46,554 nucleotides of DNA from Chromera velia. Taxonomy: Eukaryota. Made by a program: the position numbers and the translations under genes. Positions 17,210-30,103 of this stretch are shown one piece after another (the first letter of the stretch is position 1; every line of letters starts with the position of its first letter). The notes under the pieces are model-generated. The model had not been told where the DNA came from. It saw only the letters and a program-made list of their open reading frames with translations, and made no database searches. The DNA is taken from the NCBI GenBank assembly GCA_018398765.1, contig JAHBMJ010000484.1, forward strand, positions 1-46,554, written 5' to 3'.

Positions 17210-17700
17210 TGAATGCGTTAAGAATCTTCTATAGTTTTCTGCTTATTATATGGCTTAATATAGTAGTTGTTTGATTGAGTTAGACTAAGTAAAAGTCTTC
17301 ATAAAACACTATGCATATCTCAAATTCAATTCTTATAAATTCTTATGTATTATAGAAAAACTTAAAAAACAGCTTAAAAACCCGTTTCACTACTGATCAT
17401 CAGATATGATTGAGACAACCTGGAGCACTAATCTTATTTTATCTTATACTATATATCGAATAGTCGCAACAACGAACCAACCCTCAATATTCTATTCCAA
17501 TATTCTTGCTCTCTCAACAAATTAACATAGCGGGAAGGCCTAGTGTGGAACCTATTAATCAATCAATCAATTAATCAATCAATCAATCAATAATTTATAT
17601 GTTTTTCTTAGTTGCCTAGTGTTTAGCTTTGTATTCTTAGTTGCATTATTATGTATGCACAGCCAGATGCACAGGCAAAAGAAAAACAAGAAACTTAAAA
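17210..17700. other. AT-rich intergenic island with a (CAAT)n tract
   Basis: Low GC, no ORFs, (aatc)n at about 17557-17590. Boundaries are approximate. Confidence 0.7.
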
Positions 17701-18651
17701 GAACCGCTTTGTTCATAGATATCCTTTGAGCCCTCTCTCATCCCATGTATGCTGGCAGCACAGATGCACAAGCAGAAACAATCGGGGACTTACATGCAGA
17801 GATCAACCGATCGATCGATCGACGTGCACACCGTCGCTGTCGCTGCATGTTCAGTCGACCATGCAAACGACTTGGTGGGCGTCAACGCACATGCACGCAT
17901 GAGCACCTTCACAAGGTATACGCTGCATTCATTCATTGCCATCGGATGAGAGAGGAGAGGCTCATCGGCTCTATGGGAACAAACGCTCCCTGTCAGCTTC
18001 TGTGGTTGCACGACTGGCTGCTTGCCTCCGTGCCTGTTCAGTGAATTCTCCACCCTCGGCCCTCCCAGACCTTGCAAGTCAGCCGCAGTTGATCGTTCGC
18101 AGTGTTTGAATTCAGTCATAACATCCCCAAGAAAAGCGTGTAAAACAAAGTCATGCGTGTACAACATGAAGTACTTACGCATTACTCACAGACACGTGTC
18201 GACCAGAATTGACAAAAACATGCACGTGAGAGAATGCATGTACGACAGCATAATTTGGATGCTGCAAGAATCGCCCGGCGCAAACGGACGGTCAGGGGTC
18301 TTGGGCCGAAGCAGAAGCACAAAAATTCACACATCGATACACAGCCAGTTCCATCCATCTTTATTTTAATCATTCAGCATTCATTCATTTATGCATTCAC
18401 ACATACACACATTCACACATTCACACATCTAATACTGCCCCTTCTCCCCAATCTCCCGAGGTCTCTCCTTTCCACTTTTGCGTCTCCCGATGCCATTCCC
18501 TCTTGCGCTCTCCCTCTCCCTCTCTCTTCAAACCCACCCACGCAACCACCAAAGATACAGCACAGGTCTGCATCTGAAGGGACTCCGACATTCAATTCAG
18601 ACCACCCACCCCATTACACAAAGAAATAACGAAGAACTGAATTACATGAAT

Positions 18652-19854
18652 TTACTTGATCGTTGCCTTCTTGAAATTGTCCACATCCCAATCCTCAAAA
18701 TCGTCATCGAACCCCCCTGCCCCCCCACCAGCAAGGGGGTTGGCAGGAGCGGGCACGGGGGGCCCGTTGGCTGCCGGAGGGATGGCGGGCTGCACAGCGA
18801 CTGCAGGCTGTGGCGCGATGCTGTCTGCAGGGTCTGCAAACAGATCCGCAGCAGCGGCGGCGCTGGGGGCTGCAGGGGGGCCCGACACCGAGCCAGAGCG
18901 GGGAGGGGGCAGGGAGTCAGACCCGAACCCCTGCATCTTTCCCGTTGACAGGGCCTGCAGATGCGCCCCCTTCTCTTGTTGAGGTTCCCCTGACACGTAT
19001 GTGTACACTCCCTTCACCCCCCCAGAAACCCAGTCTGCTGTGGAAGTCGCTGCGTTTCCTGCACGATCGAAAAAGGTCTTCCGTTGCTCTTCATCACTGA
19101 TGGTCTCCCCCACCTTTTTTCCTGTGTTGACTACCCAATTTGCCCCCGTCTTCGCAGAGTCCCCCACATACTCAAAAAGGCCTCTTTCCTGCACATTTGC
19201 AGAGACCTGACTTGCTTTCTCAGAGGCCGCAGCTGCAGCACGAGAAGCAAGCGCCGAAGCTGCACCCACTGCCCCCCACAGCCCTGCACCCAGTCTCGAC
19301 ACCGCATCGTCCCCTCCACCTGGCGGCTGCGGAGGGGCAAAGTTGGGGTTTCCGAAGCTTCTCGACTGGTTGCTGGACCCGAATCCCTCAGCGGCGGGCC
19401 CCGGATTGCTGCTGATGGAGGACGTGCGCACGGAGGTGGGAGCCCCGAAGGCAGGCTGGGTCCCCTCCCCAGGCGGCAAAGGGGGGGGTGCCGGGGTCCC
19501 GTTGACTCTTGATTTGAGCAGATCTCTGTAGAATGCAGCAGCCTTGGTGTTGTACTTGGTGCGCACCTCCATAGAGGCAATTCCCTCTTTTTCAAAAAAC
19601 TCTTGACATCTCGCATTGCCCCCCATGAGCATGGTCTGCAGCTCTTTATCCTTCCATTCGTCCATGGTAATCGATCTGACAAATGAAATGTGTACACCCA
19701 TCCCTCTGTGCGTTCCTGAGCACTGAAGACAGACGTGGATTCCGTGAGAAACAGAACACCACTGAGGGTGAGAAGCACCGCAATCGAAGCACTTCCCGTT
19801 GGAGGGATCATCCTCCTTCATCTTCTTAAACGCTTCTGCAACCTCGGGCTTCAT
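18652..19854 (-). CDS. ADP-ribosylation factor GTPase-activating protein (ArfGAP1/Gcs1-like)
   Basis: CX2CX16CX2C zinc finger plus catalytic Arg ([40 protein letters not shown]), then GGNA and KYNTKAA. The first ATG is at 19854; the track start at 19896 is TTG. Intronless. Confidence 0.95.
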   Translation of the reverse strand: MKPEVAEAFKKMKEDDPSNGKCFDCGASHPQWCSVSHGIHVCLQCSGTHRGMGVHISFVRSITMDEWKDKELQTMLMGGNARCQEFFEKEGIASMEVRTKYNTKAAAFYRDLLKSRVNGTPAPPPLPPGEGTQPAFGAPTSVRTSSISSNPGPAAEGFGSSNQSRSFGNPNFAPPQPPGGGDDAVSRLGAGLWGAVGAASALASRAAAAASEKASQVSANVQERGLFEYVGDSAKTGANWVVNTGKKVGETISDEEQRKTFFDRAGNAATSTADWVSGGVKGVYTYVSGEPQQEKGAHLQALSTGKMQGFGSDSLPPPRSGSVSGPPAAPSAAAAADLFADPADSIAPQPAVAVQPAIPPAANGPPVPAPANPLAGGGAGGFDDDFEDWDVDNFKKATIK

Positions 19855-20460
19855 CGTATCGCTCTCTTCCGAAGAGTGATCGGCTAATCTAAACAATGAT
19901 CGGTTGGGTGCTCAGTTGAGAATCGGCACAGATTTCTACTCCAAAGGAAAGTGCGGGTTCGAATTCGAGAGACCCAAAGCGCAGAGTGGATACAAAAGAC
20001 TGACAAAATTCGTCTCCTGCAGACAAAACGATCAGTCGCTGGCACTGAGTTCTACAATCTGAGGGTCGGGCCGATCTGTTCTGATCTTCCAGACAACTGA
20101 GATCAGTCTGACGGAGAGGTCGCAAGAAGAGCAACAGTTCGGGATCCGCCGCGGATTCGTCACGCACAGGCCCGGAAAAAAGTCGGGGCCCAGCCCCCAT
20201 GCACCGGCCGGGGCCGCTCAGTCTGCTAAAATCGGAAGTCGGATCTGGCCTGCAGCGTGCCTGACCTTTGGACCTTCAAGTCTTAATTCGACTATAACTC
20301 AGACTTGCTAAGGGGCTGCTCTCCTCCGCAACCAAAGAACTAGTCTCCCCTGCGTGTCTTCTCGCAGCCTCTCTTCTCCTTCCCTGTGACTTCACAAAAA
20401 AGGTGGAGAAGGGGGAAAAACGGTCTGTGATTCTCCCAAGACCTCAAGAAGGCACTCATC

Positions 20461-22002
20461 ATGGAGGAGGAAGCAGTTTGGTCGCTGGTTTCCGAACTTC
20501 TTTCCAGCGATGGAGAACCCTTTCACTCAAAGTATGAGCACTTCGCAGAAATCAAGGACGAAACCCAATCGCGTGTGTCCCTGTACCGACGGCCAGTAGA
20601 GGTCTGTCAGTTGTGATCGAATGGGCTTTTGCTTTTTGACGACTTCGCGATTTTATTCGCTCTGCCCTTCTGTCTTGCTGCAGGGGTCTTCTCTGTTCGA
20701 GTACTTTGCCGAGGGTCTAGTCCCCCTCTCTCCAGAGGTGCTTGTGTGTCTAAACCTGGACGGAGAGTACAAGAAACAGTGGAATAATACTTGCAAGGAA
20801 AGCAGGGTGGGTCGGAGTTGCTGTCGCTTGAATCGTCTCCGCTGATGGATTCCTCGCGTTCTTTCGTATGTTCCATTTTCTCTTTCGGATCCCGCGTCTC
20901 CCTTCATGTTTCTTCTCTTCTCTTCTCTTCCTCGCATTTTCTGAGTCCTGCTTCCCCCCTTGTTGCTCCAAGTTGTCTACACTCCTTTGTGCCCGTGTAG
21001 TTTGTGAGCCGATCAGAGTTGGAAAGCAATGTTCTTGCATGCTGCTGACGAGTCTGTGCGTACTCGTGTACCTCTGTACGTCTCCTGTGCGCAAGAGCAC
21101 CACGCCATTGATCAAAGAGATGGAGTGAAACGTTGGAGATTTGCAGATCAGATTGAGAATCTGCAGAGGGGCGCTCGCTTGTTCCTCATTGCGGTATGTG
21201 AGACTATGTTTACGCAGTGATACCGAAACATGCTGGTGCTAAGTCCTGAAAGTTTTGCAAACACACTGAAATTTGTATGTATTCTTGGCTTGTTTGTTTG
21301 GTCTCTCGTCTCTTCTCTCTCTGCAGCATGTGGGTTCCCTCGACGCGGAGACTCAGGTTACGTTCTCTGTGGCCAAATTTCCTTCCCCTCTTTCCTCCAG
21401 AGAGTACCTATCTGCGAGGACAGTCGCACAGGCACCAGGAAGAAAGTCTGAGGGGAGAAAGGGAAAGCAAGGTTCCTCCCGATTTGTTCTAGTGGGCAGG
21501 GCAGTGAACTCGCCAGAGCTCCAGATCCCCACCGGGTGGGGCAACGTGCGGGTGAGGACTTCGTATTCCATCACAGTAGTCGAGTCTGCCCGCCCTCCTC
21601 TGCCAGAGGGGGGTGTTCCTTCTCCCTCTTCTCCCTCAACGTCAGCGTCGAGTAGTCTCTCATCAGCACAGCAGCAGCCACAGCAGTGGAGCCGTCTGTC
21701 GCTGGTCTATTTCGAGAACCCCGAGGGCTCCATTCCGTCCTACGTCGTTAACTTCGCTGCTCGCGTGACGCTCCCAAAGATGTTGGGAGCCCTGGTGACG
21801 GCAGGAAATCAATACCCCCCGGAGAGGCTCGACAAGACCATGAAAACAAGTCAGTCAGTCAGTGAGACGGACAGAAAGCAGAGCAGATGAGTCAGACAAC
21901 AACTGATTGAACCAGTTACCCCGTCCGCCAGTGAGTCATTTTGGAAGGTGCCCTGTATGTCGTCTCGTATGAGAGGGGAAAAACCTTGAGGTCGTACCCT
22001 GG

Positions 22003-22069
<67 letters not shown>

Positions 22070-22085
22070 TGTGCGTGCGTGTGTG

Positions 22086-22127
<42 letters not shown>

Positions 22128-23159
22128 AGTGCATGTATGTATGAGGTTTCGTTCCCTTTCCCTCCTTGTTCCTTGATTGTTTTCGCAGTTCGGTTGCGGC
22201 GTCTCCGTGCTTCTTCTCGTCCTTCCCTCTCTGATTCTTCTCTCGGCGTGACCCGAGAGAGAGACAGGGACAGGGCAGAGGAGGAGCAGGACAACCCTCT
22301 GGAAGAAGCAGTGACGGCTGCCGGGACTGCCCCCAAGAGAGTGCCGTGGGGCCTCTGGGGCGACTCTGCACGGGGGGGATCAGAGGAGGAAGAGGAAGAA
22401 GAGGGTGATGCAGTCGAGACGGCATCGTCTGTCGGTGTATCCGAACCTCCGTCTCCCTCTGCCCTGGTGGCCAGGTCGTCTCCTTCTCTTTCTCCTTCCC
22501 TTTCTTTCACACGGGGTGGGAGGAGTGTGGACAGGTGGCGTCTCGCTTGTTTGGTGGGATTGGAATCTGTTGAGGGGGGGCTGGTGGATCGGGATGTAGG
22601 GTTTCTCTTCTTGCTTGTCCTTCTCTGTCTGTGTGTCGTCTTGCTGCAGTCTGCTCTTGTGGGCGTCTCCCTAGGAATTCCTTTGGGAGGCTCTCTGCCA
22701 TCTGTGGTGTCATGGTGGCAGGAGACCGGGCAGCAGGGTGAGATGATGGAGACGGGAACGGAAGCACAGGCGGTGGGGCAAGACGGTGCAGTACGGGTTC
22801 CAGGGAAGGGTGGAATATCTGGTCTTCTAGTGGTTTTCTGTGGTCACGCGGTCCTTTCCCTGGGTGCGATCGTGAGTGTGGCTGCGGTGTTCTTTTCAAG
22901 GGGATGGCGGTTGAGGCTTGTGCCAAGAAGTCGTGGAATAGGTAGGGGGGTCGATAGTGAAGGGGAAGAGGATGCAAGTAGAGAAGGTGAAAGTGAGAAC
23001 AGAAGAAGTACAGGGTTTGAGGAAAGGAACAGGGAAGGGGAAGGAATGGGATGTTCCGTAGAAGGAGAGTGGTTGATTGTTGGAACGTCCGAAGAAGACG
23101 AAAAGGTTGAACGGTCTGAATTGGGCGACATGGACTCATGGGTGGTTGTGGGACTGTGA
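20461..23159 (+). CDS. START-domain lipid transfer protein (PCTP/STARD7-like) with a C-terminal hydrophobic extension
   Basis: Frame-consistent exons 20461-20601, 20684-20806, 21327-21849, 22189-23159. Motifs: LYRRP, LNLDGEYKKQW, KFPSPLSSREY, NVRV, YFENPEGSIPSYVVNFAA. The last exon encodes two or three hydrophobic segments. Confidence 0.8.
22007..22122. repeat. (CT)n-(GT)n intronic microsatellite
   Basis: Directly visible within intron 21850-22188. Confidence 0.9.
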
Positions 23160-25314
23160 AGAAGGACGGGTGTCTCTGTCCGTCTTTCTTTCTGTCTCTT
23201 CTCTTCGTCAGCATTTCTATCTGTCTGATCGAAGTTTTTCTCTGTCTTTTTCCTCTTGTCCTTCTCAGTGCAGTCATTCGTTGAGTCTTTCTCTCTCTCC
23301 ACCCGCTGGCCTTTTCTTGACCTGTCTTGTCTGCCTATCCAGTCGTTGCGTCAATGAATTTTCTTCTCTTTCGGATCATTCAAACAAAAGTGTTTTTCTC
23401 CATCCTCCCCCTCTTTCTCAAATTGCGGCCTGGGGCCGCTGCATGAATCTGTCAGAATGTGTATCGAGGGCAGTTAGTGACTCAATTCCTTTGCACACAC
23501 AAGAAAGAAAGAATTCAACGAAGAGCACAAAAACGAATACCAAATCGTGCGGGTTTCTTCCCTCAACTCCTGCAGGGGACCGCTGTAAGTTTTCAATCGA
23601 ATGTCCGTCTCTCAATTCGTTTCTTCATTCCTCTTCAATTAAGCATTTGTGCGTGTACGTTCTCATCCTCCGTCTACAAGTGGGTCGTTCTCCAGCCGCT
23701 CGATCGAATTCGTCATTGCAGGGCAGAAAGAAAAAAGGGCGGATCACGTTTGTTCAAATTTGGCACCGATGTGCCGAAAGTAGGATGCGCCCGTTTCCTT
23801 CTCCTTCCTTTCCTTCTTTGTTTGTTCCCTCTAAGTTGCTTTTCATTTTTCTCGCCCGTCCCTTCTCTTCTCCGAGAGTTGGATACAGGCAGGCAGGCAG
23901 GAAGAAAGGGAAAAAGGGGAGAACGAATTCATTTGCAATTGAATGGAGCGCGCTTCGGGATTGGTTGAACTGAATGGATGATTGGATGGATGAAGACTTA
24001 TTTGATCGATTGGTGAGTTCCTTGTTGTTGCTGTCTTGTCTTTGTTCTTTTCTTCCTTTCGGAAGGATGTTGAGGAATTGATGCTTGCTTACCTCCTCCT
24101 GCTGCCTTCTCTTTTGAAAGGAGGAGAAGGGAAATGAGTTCATGCCCATGCAGTCAATCTAGAGAAAAAAACAATATTTCGAACCGGGATGGGATGATTT
24201 GGGCACATCCATTCTGGCACTCACTTCACTACGCTGCGGTCGCTTTCATCGTTCAAGTGTATCTCTTCTTTTCACTGAATTTTCAGTTTGTAGTCTAATG
24301 TCGGTCTTTTCACTTTCTTGCCTAAAACTGGCTTTCTTTCTCCTCTTTTTTTCTTCCGATCCTTCCGTCAGAAAAGAAGACGGTAAACCGGTCGAAAATC
24401 TTCTTTTGCGTTTCAATCTTCTTTCTTTTCCTCGTTGGCCCATATTTTGTTCGGCTTCCGATTCCTTTCTTTCCTCCATCCTTCCTGCACTTGTTGTCTC
24501 TGTGAGGCAGTGAGTGAGTGCGTGGATGAGGACGGACCAGTAGATTACTCGTGAAGAGAAAGCGGGGCGGCGAAAAAATGCGCGTGCCTCGTCTGTGAGT
24601 GTGAGAACCTGTCTGATCCGCATGGTGTCAGACAGCGATGCAGGGTGGATTGATGGATGGATGGATGGTCTGGTAGGAAAGTGCTGGTATCAGTATTTGT
24701 TTAGAACAACCAGACCGCGTCTGTCTGTCCGTATGTCTCATCGGGGTGATGCGAAGGCTAGGGGGGCAATGGCCTTTCTTCCCTTCTCGCTCGCTGAGTT
24801 TTTTGTTTCTTTCTACATGTGCCTTGATTCGCCCCGTCGGACTCTTCTTTCGTCGACGCTTACAAGGCCTTAGCGTTGACGGAAAGGGTCAGATGCGATT
24901 TGGCAGACGGACAGATGGATGGAGCACGAGGAGTAACGAAGGACCAGCAGACCATGGAGCTGACCGACCAAGAGGTTGTCACAAACAGCTCTTGAGGTGT
25001 GACATCGTTGCTCCCTCACTATTTTGTTTCCACACACGAGCTGCCTATATGAAGGGGCGCGATTTTTTTCCCCTTGTTTTCCGCCATGCACTGTAGCAGG
25101 GGGCTTCAAAGGCACGTCCCGTTGCACAGCTTTGACATGTGTTTTTTTTTGTTTCTTTGTTTTCTTCGATTCTGCCAGATTAGAATGACCTGTTAGTAGC
25201 CTCGTAGTAGTGCTGAAAGAACAAACACCCTTCGACATGATGTTCCAATGAGCCGTCGGAACTGACGGCCATTTCCTTGCTGAGACCTTGTATATTCTCT
25301 CTATGCATGTCTCT

Positions 25315-25359
<45 letters not shown>

Positions 25360-25549
25360 TGTATGCGTGAGTGAGTTGGTGAAAAAAAATGAGTGTGTGT
25401 GCGAGCACGAACGAAGTAGGCGAGTAGGAAGGTGTGATTCAACGTGGATGCTAGCGTGGATGATGTCTTTTTAAAGGCCCGTTCCATGGACCGTTGCGGA
25501 ACAAGAATTGCTTGTGCATGCAGTGCAGTCACTCAGAATCTCAGATCAT

Positions 25550-26250
25550 AGTAAAATGCCAGTGCAGTTAGTGCCAGTTACAGATTATGTGTGTATACAA
25601 CTTCAAATCTGGTCTTGCAAATTTTACTGTCAATAATATTACTATGTTACGTTAAGATAGGATAGGATAGGATTAATGTCTGGAGGATTGGCCTCCTGCC
25701 ATGGCTTTATATAATATGTATTATTAAATTAACCATCCATATGTCTAGCCATATGTGTAGAACCGTGTGTAACGGTGTAACCGTCTTTACAGCAGCAAAT
25801 GGATTCTAGATTTGATATTAAACTTCCGCCCAGGAGTTGAAAGCTCAACCTAGGGTCTCACAGCAAATAATCAATTATATGAATTAACTTAGGATAGGAT
25901 AGGATTTATGTTTCGGATCACCCCGCGGTCCACTGCCGGGCCTCGACTTGCACCGTTGGTTATTATAATGTATATATAGCAAATTAGATTAATATAATTT
26001 ATGATATGAATTAATTATATATCACATAAAATGTTAATCATTTTCAAAGTTACACTCATGATGTGATTTATCTACATGTCTGTATCAAATTATAACACCA
26101 GACCTTCTATAGCTCGATTATACGCTGTTAGATACACTGGGCGGAATACACACTCGATATAACAAACAATTTAATTATATTTTGCAGTAGTTTTTGTACA
26201 TATACGTTCAACATACATTATTCGATTTTTAAACATGAGCCATGTTTGCA
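25550..26250. other. AT-rich intergenic island with two (GATAG)n tracts
   Basis: Low GC, no ORFs from 25533 to 26228, gataggatagga at about 25656 and 25893. Boundaries are approximate. Confidence 0.7.
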
Positions 26251-26253
26251 TTT

Positions 26254-28124
26254 TTAGATATAGTTCCAATAACTAGAGTAATCGGGCGAGTTTTCGATCT
26301 CGCTGATCTCTTCTCCGACATCTGACCACATCCAGTCAGAGACAAACGTCCACATGTTGCCCATTTTCTCAGCTGCTGCGTTGTACACATCCTTCGGAAG
26401 GTTTTGAAGTTGCTCCGCTTTCTCTCTGATTGCCCCCATGGCATCATCGTAGAGGCCCATCACATCACTGGCCTTCTGTTGAACCCACTCACCGGCATCC
26501 CCCGCCTTTTCCCACACCCAATTAATTGCCCCCTTGCCCCAGTCCACAGCTGAAAACGCCCGACGAACCATGGTGTCCGAGTACGCTTTCCGAGTCCACC
26601 CCTGAAGAATCCCGACAGCAGTATTCTTCAGCAAACCCCTGAGGATATCCTTGTACCCCCACCCCTCTAGCATCCTCTGCAGCTCTGCTTTTGTGTACCC
26701 GTCAACGAGGCGCTTCATTAACTTTTTCAAAATCCAGTTAATCACTCGGGAGTTTTTGGCAACAGGATTGCGGTACCTACACACAGAGAGAGAAATAGAG
26801 ACAAGAGGGGGAGGAAGATCGCAAAAGCCAGTTTTCAGAGACTCATACGAAGTCTCAGGCAAAAACAAAACATCACGGTTGGCTGAGTGACTGACTCATT
26901 GAGCTTTCAAGTCATCAACATCCTAGGGTGATGTAGCATGGACTTCCTTCCTTCGTTCCTTCCTTCCTTCCTTCCTTCGTTCGTTCGTTCCTTTGTTCCT
27001 TCGTTCCTTCGTTCCTTCGTTCGTTCGTTCCTTCGTTCGTTCCTTCCTTCGTTCGTTCGTTCGTTCCTTCGTTTGTTCGTTCGTTCGTTCCTTCGTTTGT
27101 TCGTTCGTTCCTTTGTTCCTTTGTTCCTTTGTTCCTTCGTTCCTTCCTTCCTTCCTTCCTTCTTTCCTTCCTTCCTCCTTCCTTCCTCCTTTCTTTCGTT
27201 CGTTCGTTCGTTCCTTCCTTCCTTCCTTCCTTCCTTCCTTCTTTCCTTCCTTCCTTCCTTCCTTCCTCCTTTCTTTCGTTCGTTCGTTCGTTCGTTCCTT
27301 CGTTCCTTCCTTCCTTCCTTCGTTTGTTCGTGCAATCACAAGAGTAGAGGTGGAACAACATTAGAGTAGAGACGTCCACTGGACTGGACAAAAACACAAA
27401 CCAGAAAGCACCCCAAGAGAAAGAAATCCTATCTTTGAATATAGCACTTCATCATGCATGGAAATCAGTATGCGTAATCAGAATTGAACCTCTTTCATGC
27501 ACATGTCTGTCAACTGACCTTGAGTCCTGGATCAAGAAGGCCCTTTCACTTGGTCTCCTCGTTGGTTTTTCTTCTTCCACGTTGAGGTCGGACAGGGGCT
27601 TCAAGGAGCCGTCCTCGTCCTCAAACGAAACCTCTGCTTCTGATATGGAGGAGATGTCAAATTTGCCAATTGCGGGCAAAATTCTTCCCTTCATGTCGAG
27701 GAAGCCAACCTGCGTGGATGGATCCATCAGACAATCAGAAGAAGCCTAGGAAATCATGACGAAGTGCCGCTAGGTTATCCACCCACCAATCTGTTGATAA
27801 CTCAATCTGGCAATTCATCATCGGTGGAAGGAAAGTTCATTCTGCAGAACCAAACTTGGGATCAATCAAGCCAGAGAGAGACCATATGGGCACAATCGAA
27901 CTTTCGAGAGAGACACTCGTCAACCAGCAGCGTACCAACCAGAAAGGAGAGCCGCGGGTTTGCAGGAGCAATGGAATCACGGACAAAACCGGGGTAGAAA
28001 GAAAGTGACACAGAGACATGACAGCGCTGGCAGTGGGACATGCTGTAGTCATCCGGCCACACAATACCAGCAGCTGCATTCGTAAGCGCAGGTATGCATG
28101 CAACACGTCATACACAAGAGCGCG

Positions 28125-28192
<68 letters not shown>

Positions 28193-29303
28193 TGCATACC
28201 TTTTCGAGTTCGATTGTCGCCTTCACGTGGAGTCTCTTGAACTGCATTTGCAGCACTCCCTTCACGGAGCTCCCTGTCCTCTGGTACTCTGTGCTTGCTT
28301 GTGAGGCGCTGTCGTCTGATCCAGACGAGAAAGTAAACGCGTTTCTGATTGTCCTTCCGATCTTTCTTTTTAGGTGTTTGGGCCAGATCTCGTAGCCAGT
28401 CACAATTTTGACATACGGGTCCGAGGTCCCTACAACATCGGAAGACTTGGGCGTTTCTCCTTTGCGAAGCCATGAGTCTACTGGGAGAAGGTCAAGCTCC
28501 ACAGAGATGCGCAGATAAGGGAAATCACCGAAGAACCATCCTATGATGGATCTGGTGCTATCTGTGGGCTCACTCCAATCTACTCTTTCACTCATCCTCC
28601 AAGATAGGGCATATTTTATATTCGAAAACACACCCTTGAGGGCAAATTGAGTTCCTTCCAACGCCATGTACAATTGTCCGTCCTCTGATTCGTCTGCAAA
28701 GGGAATCGACTCAGCAAGGACCATTTGCGTCTCCTCCATTAATTTGATCTTCTTTTTCCCCGACCCTTCCGACCGTGTGGACGCGTACTCGCTCGACGCC
28801 CCCCTGTGCGGGAACTGATCCGCCCCTGCGGTCTCGCAGGAAGGCAGACTGGCAGATGTCCGACTCCCACAATCCCCACTCCTGGAGGCCACACCCTCAA
28901 AGACCTGACAGGGCTCACCGTTGGACGCAACCTTGTCTGCTCGAGAGCAGTACATTCGCATGCATTGCCTCATACCCCAACCGTCTTCCTTCGAGTCCTT
29001 TAGAAGCGCTCTTTTTGTGCACATTTTTGTCTGTGCTCCTGACCCGCTTGCCTCGCGAACTGTTTGTGAACAGCAAACGGTAACACTCACGTTGCTGCCA
29101 TCCTCTTCCTGCTGCTGCACGAGCGCTGGTTCCAACTCCTGGCTGCTGCGCTCCGTCGAGTGCCTTTGATTCCTCGTCGTCGGGCCTCCTCGGTGGGTTG
29201 CAGCGAGGCATCCAGAGGAGCAGAGAGCGAGGACGATGCAGACACAGAGAATGCCACGAGGCCGAAGACAAATGGTGATCACCGAACCTCCCTGCTTGGT
29301 CAT
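26254..29303 (-). CDS. Hypothetical secreted protein (about 605 aa, 3 exons)
   Basis: Frame-consistent exons 29303-28200, 27709-27519, 26776-26254. Signal-peptide-like GILCVCIVLALCSSGCLA, a Cys-rich segment, a GTSDPYVKI motif and an amphipathic Trp-rich C-terminus. Confidence 0.7.
26944..27329. repeat. About 385-bp intronic (TTCC/TTCG)n tetranucleotide tract
   Basis: Directly visible within intron 27518-26777 of the minus-strand gene. Confidence 0.95.
28126..28192. repeat. (CA)n-(GA)n microsatellite next to a splice donor
   Basis: Directly visible. On the transcribed minus strand it starts a few bases after the donor at 28199. Confidence 0.9.
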
Positions 29304-30103
29304 CTTGCAGGGAGGTGCTTTGGAACACAGATGCCCTGCTTTCAAATGATCACAAGCCAACGAAAAGTACAGTGCAGATAGGTGAAGGCGTTGCAAACTC
29401 TTTTTTTAAGAACTCAGATGGGGCAGAATGCATCGAGCGCCCTTGAGGGATCGCTAAAGTATCTTGGGCGTGCAAGCAGTTCATTGGAATGCAGTTCGCT
29501 ACCTCCGCTTCTCAGGCCGTCTTGCATGTTTTGGCACCTGCAGGTCTGTCATGCAGTGAGAATGAGCACCTAAGTTGGACATCATCGACTGCGGGTGCAT
29601 CAAAAGCTGGTACGTGACATGCTGATCGAGGCAATACGCTTATACACATCGATGTACGTTTACGTAGATCGATATACCGACGGTATCGGTATGCACAAGG
29701 ACGGACAACACGCTGCACCTGTGCAACAACAAACAACAGGTTGCAACAACATGGGTGCGTGAACAACAGCTGCAGCCATGCATCATTGCAACAGTGCAGC
29801 AACACTCAAACAACACCCAGCAACATCCTCGCGCGCGGCGCCGCATCACTGTACCGCGCGCGCGCGCGCGCCCCGGTGCATATCAGGCGCCGCATCATTC
29901 GCCGCCGCCGCAAACACGTGTATACCGATCGCGGATATTGACGCGTGTGTTGTTGACACAGTCCGTCAGATCGAGTCAAACCACCGTGTAGTCCATTGTC
30001 CTCCTGTCTTACAGTCAGGAGTTTGGCAGATGGTGCATATTCAAGGAAGCAGCTTGCTTGGTCTGGTTCAGGCACACCCGTAAAGCTGGAAAGGGATTCG
30101 ACC

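Noticed and set aside
23077..25532. ORFs of 298, 220 and 169 aa downstream of the START gene
   Set aside because: Low-complexity S/F/L composition, mostly non-ATG starts, no motifs and no consistent exon chain. More likely 3' UTR or intergenic, though a small gene cannot be excluded.
26907..27397. ORFs of EGRK/SFLP repeats and a CRISPR-like periodic look
   Set aside because: Simple tetranucleotide tract inside an intron, with no repeat-spacer structure and no cas genes.
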